A DNA stretch of 63,144 bases, the filler included. It is 7 parts of 7 records of this genome, joined end to end, with 100 filler letters (N's around TTAATTAATTAA, not from the genome) between each part and the next. Parts side by side here need not be neighbours in the genome. Positions count along the whole stretch, not along the records: positions 15,343 to 24,718 come from SRR31156797_7983; positions 24,819 to 30,132 come from SRR31156797_7992; 5 more parts are not named here. One strand, given 5' to 3'. How positions within the stretch are numbered: the first letter of the stretch is position 1; the number at the start of each line of letters is the position of its first letter. The notes beneath the pieces were generated by a model, which searched no databases, had not been told where the DNA came from, and worked only from the letters and a program-made list of their open reading frames with translations. Position numbers and translations under genes: made by a program. Below are positions 17,562 to 27,126 of this stretch, in pieces.

Positions 17562-18758
17562 CTAATCAACTGCAAGAATAGCTTCAGCCAGGTCTTTCGC
17601 CAAAGCGTCACAAAGTTCATAGTCATTTGGTTTTGCAGAGTATTTGGCTTCAATTGATTCGCCGACTTTATCCCAACCCAGTTCTTCCACGTGTTTATTC
17701 AGGGCTTTTACACCACCACCGCTCCATGTTGATGTTCCAAGGACGGCAACGTGACGACTGGCCATTTTTCGTTCAAGAAATTTATGAACGATCTGTTTGA
17801 CTGAGGGGAAAAGAGCATTGTTGTACGCCGGAGAGGCAAGTACGACGCCGTTATATTTCCAGACTGCAGAGATCATGAAAGACGGATGGGTCTCGGAGGC
17901 GTCATAAACCTCTACTTCGGGAACACCAAATTCCTTCAGTTTGCGTGCAAAATAATCAGCCATTTCTTCTGTATGACCGTACATTGAACCATAGATCACA
18001 ACAGCGCCGGGACGTGTTTTTTCTCGACTCCATTTATCATAGCGCTCAAGTACCCATGCCGGATCTTTTCTGTAGACAGGGCCATGGGTCGAGGCGATCA
18101 ATTTGATTGGGACGCCTTCCAAAGTTTTAAAGGCTCGCTGAACATTTTTGCCGTATTTACCGACAATATTTGAATAATATCTGCGCATTTCATTTTCGTA
18201 GCATTCAATATTCAACTCATCGTCAAAAATACCACCATCCAATGATTTGAATGAACCAAACGCATCACCGGAGAAGAGAATGCCATCTTTTTCATCAAAG
18301 GTCATCATGGTTTCAGGCCAATGAACCATGGGCGTTGAGTAGAAACGTAATGTTCTATCTCCGGTTTCCAAAGTGTCACCATGTTCGATAACCAGTTTAT
18401 TCTTGATCTTACCATAAAAACCGTCAAGGAATTTAAAGGTATTGCGATTGCCGACAATCACAAGATCCGGATAAGATTTCAACAAAGAGGTCAAGGCTCC
18501 GGAATGATCCGGCTCTGTATGGTCAACAACCAAATAATCCAAAGGTTTGCCCTGTAGAATATCCTGTACTTCCGAAATAAAGGAATCCGTATTGGTTAGT
18601 TCTACTGTTTCAACCAGCACGGTTTTTGTATCATTGATCAAATAAGCATTATAAGAAACACCCTGGGGAAGCGGCCATAAATTCTCAAAACGAGACGTTC
18701 TTCGGTCGTTAACACCAAGGTAGTATACATTTTCACTTAATTTTATATTTCTGTTCAT
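17562..18758 (-). CDS. fprA: Flavodiiron protein (FprA/A-type flavoprotein)
   Basis: HTEPDHSG, HWPETM and FSGDAFG metallo-beta-lactamase motifs; YGSMYGHTE flavodoxin domain. Confidence 0.93.
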   Translation of the reverse strand: MNRNIKLSENVYYLGVNDRRTSRFENLWPLPQGVSYNAYLINDTKTVLVETVELTNTDSFISEVQDILQGKPLDYLVVDHTEPDHSGALTSLLKSYPDLVIVGNRNTFKFLDGFYGKIKNKLVIEHGDTLETGDRTLRFYSTPMVHWPETMMTFDEKDGILFSGDAFGSFKSLDGGIFDDELNIECYENEMRRYYSNIVGKYGKNVQRAFKTLEGVPIKLIASTHGPVYRKDPAWVLERYDKWSREKTRPGAVVIYGSMYGHTEEMADYFARKLKEFGVPEVEVYDASETHPSFMISAVWKYNGVVLASPAYNNALFPSVKQIVHKFLERKMASRHVAVLGTSTWSGGGVKALNKHVEELGWDKVGESIEAKYSAKPNDYELCDALAKDLAEAILAVD

Positions 18759-18903
18759 TTTAGCTCCTGTAATTCAATGTGAAATATACTATAACAAGGC
18801 AAAAGGGAAAAGGAAAAAGAGGCGATAGAGAACTAGAGCGCGAGTGCACTAGTGCTCCCGCGCCTTATAATAGTTTCCCCCTCAATTATTTTATTGATTA
18901 TGC

Positions 18904-21249
18904 TTATGTCTTCAGATTTACCAAGGTCACCCCAACACCACCATGCTCTGGTTTGGCGAATTGAAAACTTTTAACGCGTTTATCTTTTGATAAAAGATCA
19001 TGGACGATCTTCTGGAGAACACCGTTCCCGGTGCCATGAAGGATCTCCAGGGAATTTATTCCGGATAGGACAGCATTATCGATGAATTTATCCGTTTCGA
19101 TCATGGCATCTTCTGCGCGTTTACCTCGAAGGTCAAGATGATAGGAAGACACGCCACCCGAGTGTGAAACCATGGTGGATATTTTTTGTTTTATCTTTTT
19201 AGCAGGTTCAAGCCAATCTGCCTGCAAACGTAATCTTGATCCGTCAACATCCACCCAGATCTTTTTGGTTTTTTGATTTACTTCAAGGATCGTGCCGTTT
19301 TGACTGAGAGTCGGGACATATACTTTCATCCCTTCTTTAAGTTCTTTCAATTTTAAAGAACGAGCTTGAGGTTCGGGTTCGCTGATCTCTCTTTTCTCGA
19401 CAAGCACTTCTTTTGTTTGCTGAAAAATACTCTGAGCCTCGCGAATGGAATTCTTGCTTGCCTGCTGTTCACGGATCTGCTTGATACTGGCTTCCAGCTC
19501 TTTTCGCATATCGGCCATCATGCTTTCGGCGCGCTTGACGGCATCCTTTTCAGCTTTCTTATATTTATGGTCAATGTCATTTTTCTTGTCATTGACATAT
19601 TTCAGTTTTTCTTTGTATTCCTTCTCGCGAGCCTTGCTTTCTTTCAGCTGAGTGTCGTAACGGGCGATCTTGCGTTGCAGGTCAACGATCAGCCTTTCCA
19701 GCTTTTCGCGTTGTTTCCCGACGCGTTCCTTGGCAATGGATATAACACTTTTATCGACTTCGTAACGTTGGGCAATGTCAATGGCATAAGATGAACCGGG
19801 AATACCCATGATGAATTTATAGTTGGGTTCCAAATTCTTATCATTGAAACTCATGCTGCCGTTCTCGAAATGAGGTGAGTCGAAAGCCAGCGTTTTCAAT
19901 GCGCCGTGGTGCGTAGTTGCAATGATCGTGGTGCCGCGTTCACTGAGCACTTTCAGTATGCCTTCTGCTAAAGCCGCTCCTTCATCTGGATCGGTGCCGG
20001 TGCCAAGTTCGTCTACAAGAACGAGGCTTTTCTTGGTCGCTTTTTCAACAATATTCTTTAACGATAATATATGTGACGAGAAGGTCGAAAGACCGCCGTC
20101 AATGGATTGCCCGTCGCCGATATCAACAAATACCTGATCATACTCGGGCAAGGTTGAAGGGGCATCGGCAGGAAGCAGAAATCCGGCTTGGTTCATCATG
20201 GCCAGAAGTCCAATCGTTTTCAGTGTAACCGTTTTCCCTCCGGCATTCGGACCGGTGATGATAATGCCGCATTTATTTTTTGGCAATTTGAGATCCAAGG
20301 GTACAGGATCTTTGCTGAAATTCAATTCAAGATTTCGGCCGTTCTTGATCTTTAAACTTGGATTTTCTTCATCGGGTTTATCCATATTAAAGGCAAGGGC
20401 TAATTTCCCGTGGGCTTGAATAAGATCGAAAGATTCCATGATATCAACACATAATTCAATGGAAGGAAGCAGTTCGCGAATATCATCACTTGCATGCAAA
20501 AGAATCCTGCGGACCTCCATGCGTTCTTCTTGTTTAGCCTGGTAGAGTTCGTTGTTCATTTCAACGATGACCATGGGCTCAACATACACGGTTTGGCCGG
20601 TTTGCGACTGATCATGAATAATGCCGGGCGCTTTAGATTTTCTTGAGGAGCGAATAGGAATGACCTGTCTCCCGTTCCTGAAAGCCACAGCACCTTCGGT
20701 GGCAATGGAATCTTCAACCCACTGGGATGCAATATGTGATACTTTAACGCGAATGTTATTATCGATCTTTGCTATCTTTTTTCGCAAGCGAAATAACTCC
20801 GTGGAAGCATTGTCAGCGATCTGTTTGTCTGCATCAAATAATTTGAGGACAGATTGCTCGAGATCTTTAAGATCGGGATTGTAAGCCTTGATCAGTTTTT
20901 TCAGTTCTGAGTATTTATCTTCTCGTTGATGAAAATAGGCGGATACCTGTCGGGCATGCCGGATGATATCTGCAAGGGTCCACAATTCCTCTTCGGTCAG
21001 GATAGTACCCTTTACCGCGGTCTTGGAGAGTATTTCTGTTTGATCCGGAAAGCCGGTTAATGGCAGCGGGGTGTCAAGAGCCAATAGATCCCGCATTTCA
21101 AGATGCTGTTGCTGGTTCTTCAGGTAAATGCTTTTTGGAAGAAATGACAATAAAGACAAAGCATTATGATGCCCGTTTTCACTCAAAGTATATTCTGCCA
21201 GCTTCTCTCTGACCAAATGAAATCCAAGTTGTTGATATATTTTATCCAT
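18904..21249 (-). CDS. mutS2: Endonuclease MutS2
   Basis: ITGPNAGGKT, STFSSH, DELGTGTDP, TTHH; C-terminal Smr domain (LDLRG...HGTGNG). Confidence 0.95.
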   Translation of the reverse strand: MDKIYQQLGFHLVREKLAEYTLSENGHHNALSLLSFLPKSIYLKNQQQHLEMRDLLALDTPLPLTGFPDQTEILSKTAVKGTILTEEELWTLADIIRHARQVSAYFHQREDKYSELKKLIKAYNPDLKDLEQSVLKLFDADKQIADNASTELFRLRKKIAKIDNNIRVKVSHIASQWVEDSIATEGAVAFRNGRQVIPIRSSRKSKAPGIIHDQSQTGQTVYVEPMVIVEMNNELYQAKQEERMEVRRILLHASDDIRELLPSIELCVDIMESFDLIQAHGKLALAFNMDKPDEENPSLKIKNGRNLELNFSKDPVPLDLKLPKNKCGIIITGPNAGGKTVTLKTIGLLAMMNQAGFLLPADAPSTLPEYDQVFVDIGDGQSIDGGLSTFSSHILSLKNIVEKATKKSLVLVDELGTGTDPDEGAALAEGILKVLSERGTTIIATTHHGALKTLAFDSPHFENGSMSFNDKNLEPNYKFIMGIPGSSYAIDIAQRYEVDKSVISIAKERVGKQREKLERLIVDLQRKIARYDTQLKESKAREKEYKEKLKYVNDKKNDIDHKYKKAEKDAVKRAESMMADMRKELEASIKQIREQQASKNSIREAQSIFQQTKEVLVEKREISEPEPQARSLKLKELKEGMKVYVPTLSQNGTILEVNQKTKKIWVDVDGSRLRLQADWLEPAKKIKQKISTMVSHSGGVSSYHLDLRGKRAEDAMIETDKFIDNAVLSGINSLEILHGTGNGVLQKIVHDLLSKDKRVKSFQFAKPEHGGVGVTLVNLKT

Positions 21250-21253
21250 AATT

Positions 21254-23620
21254 CTACATTAATGATATGGGATCCCGGTTAACGGTCACGGAAACCCCTT
21301 TCTCGGTTTGTTTAAAATTTCTGACAGCATGCATGATAATATTTGCAGTTCTGTTCCCGTTCGGATCCTGATTTCTTCCGGCCTTGACAAGGATCTGCCA
21401 GCGGGTTTTGTCTTTGACCTTTTCGATAGGTGAGGGTGAAGGACCGAGGCAATTGGCAGAATTGATCTTTCCGGCGAGGGTTCTGTGCATTCTTGATGCA
21501 GCGGCCTCAACTTCCCTTGGTTTTGTCCCAATGATCCTGATCAAAAATAATCTGCTAAAAGGCGGGTAGTTCAAATTCTTTCTTTGGAATAGCTCAAGAT
21601 TATAGAATGATTTCAACTCTAGTTTCGATGCCATTTGGATCACCGGTTCTTCCGGTGAGAATGTTTGCACGATCACACTGCCCGGAAATTCGCCGCGCCC
21701 GCTTCTTCCGCTTACCTGATAGATCAGATGGAACAATCGCTCGTTGGCACGATGATCGGGAATACCGATCCCGGTATCTGCGTTCATAATACCTACAAGT
21801 GTCACGTCGGGAAAATCAAGTCCTTTGGCGATCATTTGTGTGCCGAGGAGTATATCGTATTTATGCTGTTCGAAATCATTCAGGATACGGGCATGGGCAT
21901 GTTTAGTTCGGGTGGTATCCATATCCATTCTGGCTACCCGTGCTTCCGGAAAGAGCAATTTCAGTTCTTCTTCGATCTTTTGTGTGCCGTGACCCATGGC
22001 TTCCAGCGTATCCGTGTGGCAAGTAGGGCAGGTCTTGGTTAAAGGAAAAGTCGAATTACAAACATGACACATCAATTTATCCAGGCGCTTGTGGTAGGTA
22101 AGGGCCACAGAGCAGCTGGGGCATTGCAGAACCTGCTGGCATTCGCTGCACAGCATGACCGTATTGAATCCTCTGCGATTTTGAAGAACGATGGCCTGCT
22201 TCCCGTCATTTAAAGTTTGAGTAATGGCATTAAGCAGATCTTTGCTGAACAATCCTTGTCTGGGAGCGATTTGCATATCAACCAGTTTGACCTTAGGCAG
22301 TTGAGCTCCGCCAAAACGATGATTTAATTCAAGGCGATGATAGCGTCCAAGGGCGGACAGATAATAAGATTCCATGCTGGGTGTTGCAGAACCCATAACA
22401 ACCGGAATATTCAGAATATTTGCATACATGACGGCAGCGTCGCGAGCATGGTAGCGTGGTGCTTTATCATCTTGTTTATAAGATGCTTCCTGTTCCTCGT
22501 CAACAACGATCAATCCGATATCTTTCATGGGCGCAAACAATGCCGATCGTGCTCCCACAACCACGTGAATGGCGCCTTTCTGGATTTGTGTCCAGGTCCA
22601 TAAGCGTTCTGAGTCGGTCATCTGAGAATGCCAGATCGCGACTTTTTCACCAAATGTTGATCGAAAGCGAGCTGCAACCTGCGGTGTGATCGCGATCTCC
22701 GGGACCATGATCAAGATCTTCTTGTTTGCGGCGAGTTGCTTTTTGGCTAACTCGATATAGACTTCCGTTTTACCGCTACCGGTCACACCGTGAAGCAGAA
22801 CAGGATAGAATTTATTAAAATGGTCTTCGATGTCCTTTATGACTTCGGATTGCTCATCGGACAGTCTGACATCCCGTATTCTTTCTTTTACAAGATGTTC
22901 AAAGGGATCGGCAGGGACTTCCATTTCGCAATCGAGCAAGACACCGTTCTCGACCATTTTTTTGATCACACCGGGAGTCACGCCAAGCTTTTTCATAATG
23001 ACCCTATTCTCTTCCATGGGTGTATCCAGTGAAGAGAGAAGATTTAGAATATCCTGCTGGCGCTTTGTAACGGGTAGGTCTTTGTTCAGGATTTTAACGG
23101 CATTGACTCTGCGGGCTTCCTTGGATTTGGGAAAGATGTTATCGATATACAATTTTCCAGAAGAAAGACCCTCTTTGATCTTTTTTTGTTTGTCTTCAGA
23201 TAGCGTGACAAAATCCAGCATGGACAGGCCACCGGCCGGGACATCCGGCCAGTCCTCGGCATTTTCATTTTCAGAAACAAAACAGAACTGTTGTTTTTTA
23301 AACCCGGTCTCAGAAGGATGAGCCGCGCGAAAACAAATACCGATAGGGGCAAGGTAATAATCGGAGATCCAGGTGATAAGTTTTATCAACTCCTCGGTAA
23401 AGATCGGTCGCTTATCCAGGATCTCGGAAATAGATTTCAAATTATAATTTGGTTTTGAAGGTAAAACAGGGAAAACATCCGTACAGTAGCCGATCTGATT
23501 TCTTGAGCCAAAGGGCGCTTTTACCCTCATACCTGCATGAAGTTTGTCGGCAAGATCGTCGGGGATAGTATAAGTGAATGTCTGGTAAACTTCCTGCGGG
23601 AAGGCGATTGAGCAATACAT
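21254..23620 (-). CDS. priA: Primosomal protein N' (replication restart helicase)
   Basis: LHGVTGSGKTEVY, VDEEQE, NRRGF, four CxxC pairs, GTQMIAKGLDFPDVTLV. Confidence 0.96.
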   Translation of the reverse strand: MYCSIAFPQEVYQTFTYTIPDDLADKLHAGMRVKAPFGSRNQIGYCTDVFPVLPSKPNYNLKSISEILDKRPIFTEELIKLITWISDYYLAPIGICFRAAHPSETGFKKQQFCFVSENENAEDWPDVPAGGLSMLDFVTLSEDKQKKIKEGLSSGKLYIDNIFPKSKEARRVNAVKILNKDLPVTKRQQDILNLLSSLDTPMEENRVIMKKLGVTPGVIKKMVENGVLLDCEMEVPADPFEHLVKERIRDVRLSDEQSEVIKDIEDHFNKFYPVLLHGVTGSGKTEVYIELAKKQLAANKKILIMVPEIAITPQVAARFRSTFGEKVAIWHSQMTDSERLWTWTQIQKGAIHVVVGARSALFAPMKDIGLIVVDEEQEASYKQDDKAPRYHARDAAVMYANILNIPVVMGSATPSMESYYLSALGRYHRLELNHRFGGAQLPKVKLVDMQIAPRQGLFSKDLLNAITQTLNDGKQAIVLQNRRGFNTVMLCSECQQVLQCPSCSVALTYHKRLDKLMCHVCNSTFPLTKTCPTCHTDTLEAMGHGTQKIEEELKLLFPEARVARMDMDTTRTKHAHARILNDFEQHKYDILLGTQMIAKGLDFPDVTLVGIMNADTGIGIPDHRANERLFHLIYQVSGRSGRGEFPGSVIVQTFSPEEPVIQMASKLELKSFYNLELFQRKNLNYPPFSRLFLIRIIGTKPREVEAAASRMHRTLAGKINSANCLGPSPSPIEKVKDKTRWQILVKAGRNQDPNGNRTANIIMHAVRNFKQTEKGVSVTVNRDPISLM

Positions 23621-23873
23621 CTCAAAAGTTAAGAGAATTGATTGTTTATAACAAATGATAATGGCGTGATGTTATAAATGGTGACTGTTATCACAGGAGC
23701 GCTGAGCGCTGGGAAAGTTCGGAGATCGGAGTATTGGAGTGGAGTGTGGGCGAAGGAGGAAGAATTCGAACAAACGAGGTAAATTTTGAATGTTGAATAA
23801 AGAGCAATCATGCCGAGGAATTTTAATGCCCCTTGAAAATACCTGTTGATAATACATCAATGATATTGAACAT

Positions 23874-23937
23874 TTACTCGTTACTCGTTACTCGTTACTC
23901 GTAATTGTCAATTATCCACTGTCAACTCTCAATTATT
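23874..23937. repeat. Heptamer tandem repeats
   Basis: (TTACTCG)x4, then degenerate AATTGTC-AATTATC-CACTGTC-AACTCTC-AATTATT. Confidence 0.85.
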
Positions 23938-23940
23938 TAG

Positions 23941-24013
23941 TGTTTCTATCAAAAAGAACAAAAAACATTTGCATGCCTAAAATATTCTTCTTATGTTACT
24001 GCCCGTAGAAACA
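23941..24013 (+). promoter_or_regulatory. Putative trpR promoter with two 20-bp candidate operators
   Basis: TTGCAT (23969)-17 nt-TATGTT (23992); TGTT-N12-AACA boxes at 23941-23960 and 23994-24013. Confidence 0.5.
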
Positions 24014-24018
24014 AAGGA

Positions 24019-24300
24019 ATGGTCGTGAAACGATACAAAGAATTAGCAAATGTGTTCTCTCAGATAGAGAACGAAAAGGAAATGGAAAACTTCCTCAAGG
24101 AGATCCTGACCGAAAGCGAACTGGAGGCCTTGATCTTTCGATGGCGATTGATGCAGGACCTTTACAATGGTGAAACCCAGCGGAGCATTGCTGAGAAGCA
24201 CCACATCTCCCTGTGTAAGATCACAAGGGGATCCAAAATTTTAAAAGAACCGAAATCGATCAGCCTGAAGCTGTTGAAAAAAATGGAGAAAGAACAATGA
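24019..24300 (+). CDS. trpR: Trp repressor family protein (TrpR/YerC); start may be GTG 24025
   Basis: [10 protein letters not shown]...RW...TQRSIAE...[17 protein letters not shown] overlap with trpB. Confidence 0.85.
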   Translation: MVVKRYKELANVFSQIENEKEMENFLKEILTESELEALIFRWRLMQDLYNGETQRSIAEKHHISLCKITRGSKILKEPKSISLKLLKKMEKEQ

Positions 24301-24718
24301 CAAAATTAGGACAAATGCCGGACGCACAAGGAAACTTTGGAGAATATGGAGGACAAGTATTGCCTCCACCCCTTATTGAAGTGATGAACGGTATTGCTGA
24401 AGAATATGAAAAAATTAAAAATTCAACAGAATTTACAGAAGAATTATATGACTTATATACTCATTATGTAGGTCGCCCTTCTCCCATTTTCCATGCAAAG
24501 AACCTATCAAAAAAACTGGGTGGCGCACAGATCTATTTCAAACGTGAAGATCTGAACCATACCGGCGCTCATAAGATCAATCACTGTTTGGGTGAAGCTC
24601 TTTTGGCAAAAGCCATGGGTAAGAAAAAGATCCTTGCGGAAACCGGTGCCGGACAGCATGGTGTTGCCCTGGCAACGGCCGCAGCCTTGGTTGGATTGGA
24701 ATGTGATATTTATATGGG
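24297..24718 (+). CDS. trpB: Tryptophan synthase beta chain, 3' truncated
   Basis: [21 protein letters not shown] (PLP lysine), [11 protein letters not shown]. Confidence 0.96.
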
Positions 24719-24818
24719 NNNNNNNNNNNNNNNNNNNNNNNNNNNNNNNNNNNNNNNNNNNNTTAATTAATTAANNNNNNNNNNNNNNNNNNNNNNNNNN
24801 NNNNNNNNNNNNNNNNNN
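24719..24818. other. Artificial contig spacer
   Basis: 44 N + TTAATTAATTAA + 44 N. Confidence 0.99.
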
Positions 24819-24841
24819 TTCGATTCCGTCCCTGGGCACCA
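24819..24841 (+). tRNA. 3' end of a tRNA (T-loop to CCA), most likely tRNA-Phe; probable att site
   Basis: TTCGATT-CCGTC-CCTGGGC-A-CCA. The anticodon is outside the contig, so identity is inferred from the acceptor and T-stem sequence. Confidence 0.75.
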
Positions 24842-24870
24842 TTTTTTTACAATTACTACCGACAAATAAC

Positions 24871-24900
24871 AAAGCCTCTGATTCCTCAGAGGCTTTTCTT
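24871..24900 (+). terminator. Intrinsic terminator downstream of the tRNA end
   Basis: AAAGCCTCTGA-TTCC-TCAGAGGCTTT followed by TCTT. Confidence 0.8.
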
Positions 24901-24945
24901 GTATCCACAATGATGTAAAAATGATGTATTTGTATTTACTCACTT

Positions 24946-24974
24946 TTGACATGAAATAAATATATAGGTATATT
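24946..24974 (+). promoter_or_regulatory. Near-consensus sigma70 promoter of the R-M operon
   Basis: TTGACA (24946)-17 nt-TATATT (24969). Confidence 0.75.
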
Positions 24975-25006
24975 TAAAAAGAATAAACAGACACAGGAGT
25001 ATTGCT

Positions 25007-26059
25007 ATTAAAACAGCTATATCACTCTTCTCAAGTGCAGGCATTGGCGAAATGTTTTTAAATGATATTGATATCAATACTATTAAAGCAAACGAGTTAT
25101 TACCTCAGCGAGCTGCTCTTTATAGTAAAATACATAATGCCGATGTGATGATTCAAGGTAACATCATGGAGTCAAAAGTCTTTAAAGAGTTTAAAGAATT
25201 TGAACATAAATTTGATTTACTAATTGCAACTCCACCCTGTCAAGGTGTCAGTATCGCAGGCAAAAATAGAGATATTGACAAAATGTCACTAGATGAAAGA
25301 AATTATCTGATATACAAAGTTATAGAATTTGTTTATTTAAAAAATCCTCCTTATGTGCTTATAGAAAATGTTCCAATGTTCTTAAAATTACACCTTCCAT
25401 ATAAAGGAAAACTTACCCAAATAAAAGATATCTTACATTCAGAGTTTAGTAACAAGTATGAAATAACATTAGATATTATGGACTCTGCTGATTTCGGCAC
25501 ACCGCAAAAAAGAAAAAGATCAATAATAAGAATGTATCAAAAAGGTTTATCATGGGATTATCCATCTAAACAAAAGCACATAACTGTTCATGATGCTATT
25601 AGCCACTTGCCTAGCATAGAGTCTGGTGAACACTCCGGCATCCCTTGGCACTTTGCCAGAAAACACATTGATCGCCACATTTTATGGATGAAACATACTC
25701 CAACAGGAAAAAGTGCCTTTGAGAACCCTGAATACTACCCTGCAAAACCTGACGGTAGCCGCATTAAAGGATACAACTCAACCTACAGACGAATCAAGTG
25801 GGATGAACCTGCACCCTCAATAACAATACGCAATGATGCGATTAGCTCGCAAAGAAATGTCCACCCAGGAAGAAAGCTGTTGGACAATACTTATTCTGAT
25901 GCAAGAGTTTTAAGTCCTCACGAGCTTCTACTACTAACAGGTATCTCACCTGATAAAATAAAAACTGAAGACACCTCTGAAATATTACTAAGGCAATGCT
26001 TAGGAGAATGTGTCCCCCCAAAATTAATAAATACAATCGTTGAAAAAATAGGTGTCTAA
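25007..26059 (+). CDS. DNA (cytosine-5) methyltransferase 1, HgaI-like; probable ATT start
   Basis: Motif I SLFSSAGIGE lies upstream of the first ATG (25052); PPCQG, ENVP, Q-x-RxR and GECVPP motifs; AGGAG SD 7 nt before ATT 25007. Confidence 0.9.
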   Translation: MKTAISLFSSAGIGEMFLNDIDINTIKANELLPQRAALYSKIHNADVMIQGNIMESKVFKEFKEFEHKFDLLIATPPCQGVSIAGKNRDIDKMSLDERNYLIYKVIEFVYLKNPPYVLIENVPMFLKLHLPYKGKLTQIKDILHSEFSNKYEITLDIMDSADFGTPQKRKRSIIRMYQKGLSWDYPSKQKHITVHDAISHLPSIESGEHSGIPWHFARKHIDRHILWMKHTPTGKSAFENPEYYPAKPDGSRIKGYNSTYRRIKWDEPAPSITIRNDAISSQRNVHPGRKLLDNTYSDARVLSPHELLLLTGISPDKIKTEDTSEILLRQCLGECVPPKLINTIVEKIGV

Positions 26060-26062
26060 ACT

Positions 26063-27121
26063 ATGAGTTTAAAAGGTTTGTCATTATTTTCAAGCGCAGG
26101 CATCGGTGAAATGTATCTAAAAGATATTGATGTCGATATCATTGCCGCAAATGAACTTATAGAAAAACGAGCTGAGTTATACAAACACATTCATCCTTTT
26201 TCAAAAATGATTACTGGTGATATTAAAGAAAAGTATATTAAGAGAATGATTTTAGATGCAATAAGTCATGAACTTGATATTCTGATTGCAACACCTCCTT
26301 GCCAAGGACTAAGTTCATTAGGTAAAAATAAAAAACAAGAGCATTTTGAGTTAGATGAAAGAAACTATCTCATTTTTGATATCTTCTACTTTATAGACAA
26401 ACTAGATTTTAATTACATATTAATTGAAAATGTCCCTAAATTTTTAGAAATGTATTTCCCTTATAATAATTCAATAGCAAAACTTGATGAAATCCTAAAA
26501 TCAAAATATCAACGTGATTACAATATTGACATTCGAATACTAGATGCTAAGCATTTTGGAGTACCACAATCTCGACCACGTGCCGTAATAAGAATGTATA
26601 AAAAAGGTCTCACATGGAAGCTTCCAGTACAGGAAGATATATTAACTCTTAGGGATGCTATTGGGCACCTACCTAGCTTAGAGTCTGGTGAAAACTCTAA
26701 TATACCTTGGCACTTTGCTAAAAAACATAACGATAGAGCACTAGAAGCCTTAAGACATACACCCACGGGACAAAGCGCTTTCAAAAATAAAACTTATTAT
26801 CCAAAAAAAGAAAATGGTGAAAAAATTAAGGGCTTCCATAACACCTATAAAAGGCTACATTGGGATCAACCATGTCATGCTAGAACAACCTATTGCGGAA
26901 GTATAAGTTCTCATAATAATGTTCACCCTGGGAGAAAAAATGTTGACGGCACATTCTCAGATGCAAGAGTCTTAACCCTTTTAGAGACCTTCATTGTTTC
27001 ATCTTTGCCACCCTCACCTTCTTTCCCAAATAACTTGTCTGATTCTTTTATAAGAACTATGATTGGAGAGAGTATTCCTCCATTAATGTTAAAAAAGATT
27101 ATTAATGGAATAGTAAGGTAA
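26063..27121 (+). CDS. DNA (cytosine-5) methyltransferase 2, HgaI-like
   Basis: SLFSSAGIGE, PPCQG, ENVP, QSRPR, GESIPP; clear paralog of the upstream MTase with a different TRD segment. Confidence 0.93.
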   Translation: MSLKGLSLFSSAGIGEMYLKDIDVDIIAANELIEKRAELYKHIHPFSKMITGDIKEKYIKRMILDAISHELDILIATPPCQGLSSLGKNKKQEHFELDERNYLIFDIFYFIDKLDFNYILIENVPKFLEMYFPYNNSIAKLDEILKSKYQRDYNIDIRILDAKHFGVPQSRPRAVIRMYKKGLTWKLPVQEDILTLRDAIGHLPSLESGENSNIPWHFAKKHNDRALEALRHTPTGQSAFKNKTYYPKKENGEKIKGFHNTYKRLHWDQPCHARTTYCGSISSHNNVHPGRKNVDGTFSDARVLTLLETFIVSSLPPSPSFPNNLSDSFIRTMIGESIPPLMLKKIINGIVR

Positions 27122-27126
27122 ACATT

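Noticed and set aside
23629-23860. Short minus-strand ORFs between priA and trpR as a trp leader peptide
   Set aside because: They are on the wrong strand for trpR-trpB, contain no Trp codons and overlap low-complexity repeats.
23874-23937. Possible CRISPR array
   Set aside because: The units are 7 nt with no spacers. No repeat-spacer array or cas gene was seen anywhere in the window.
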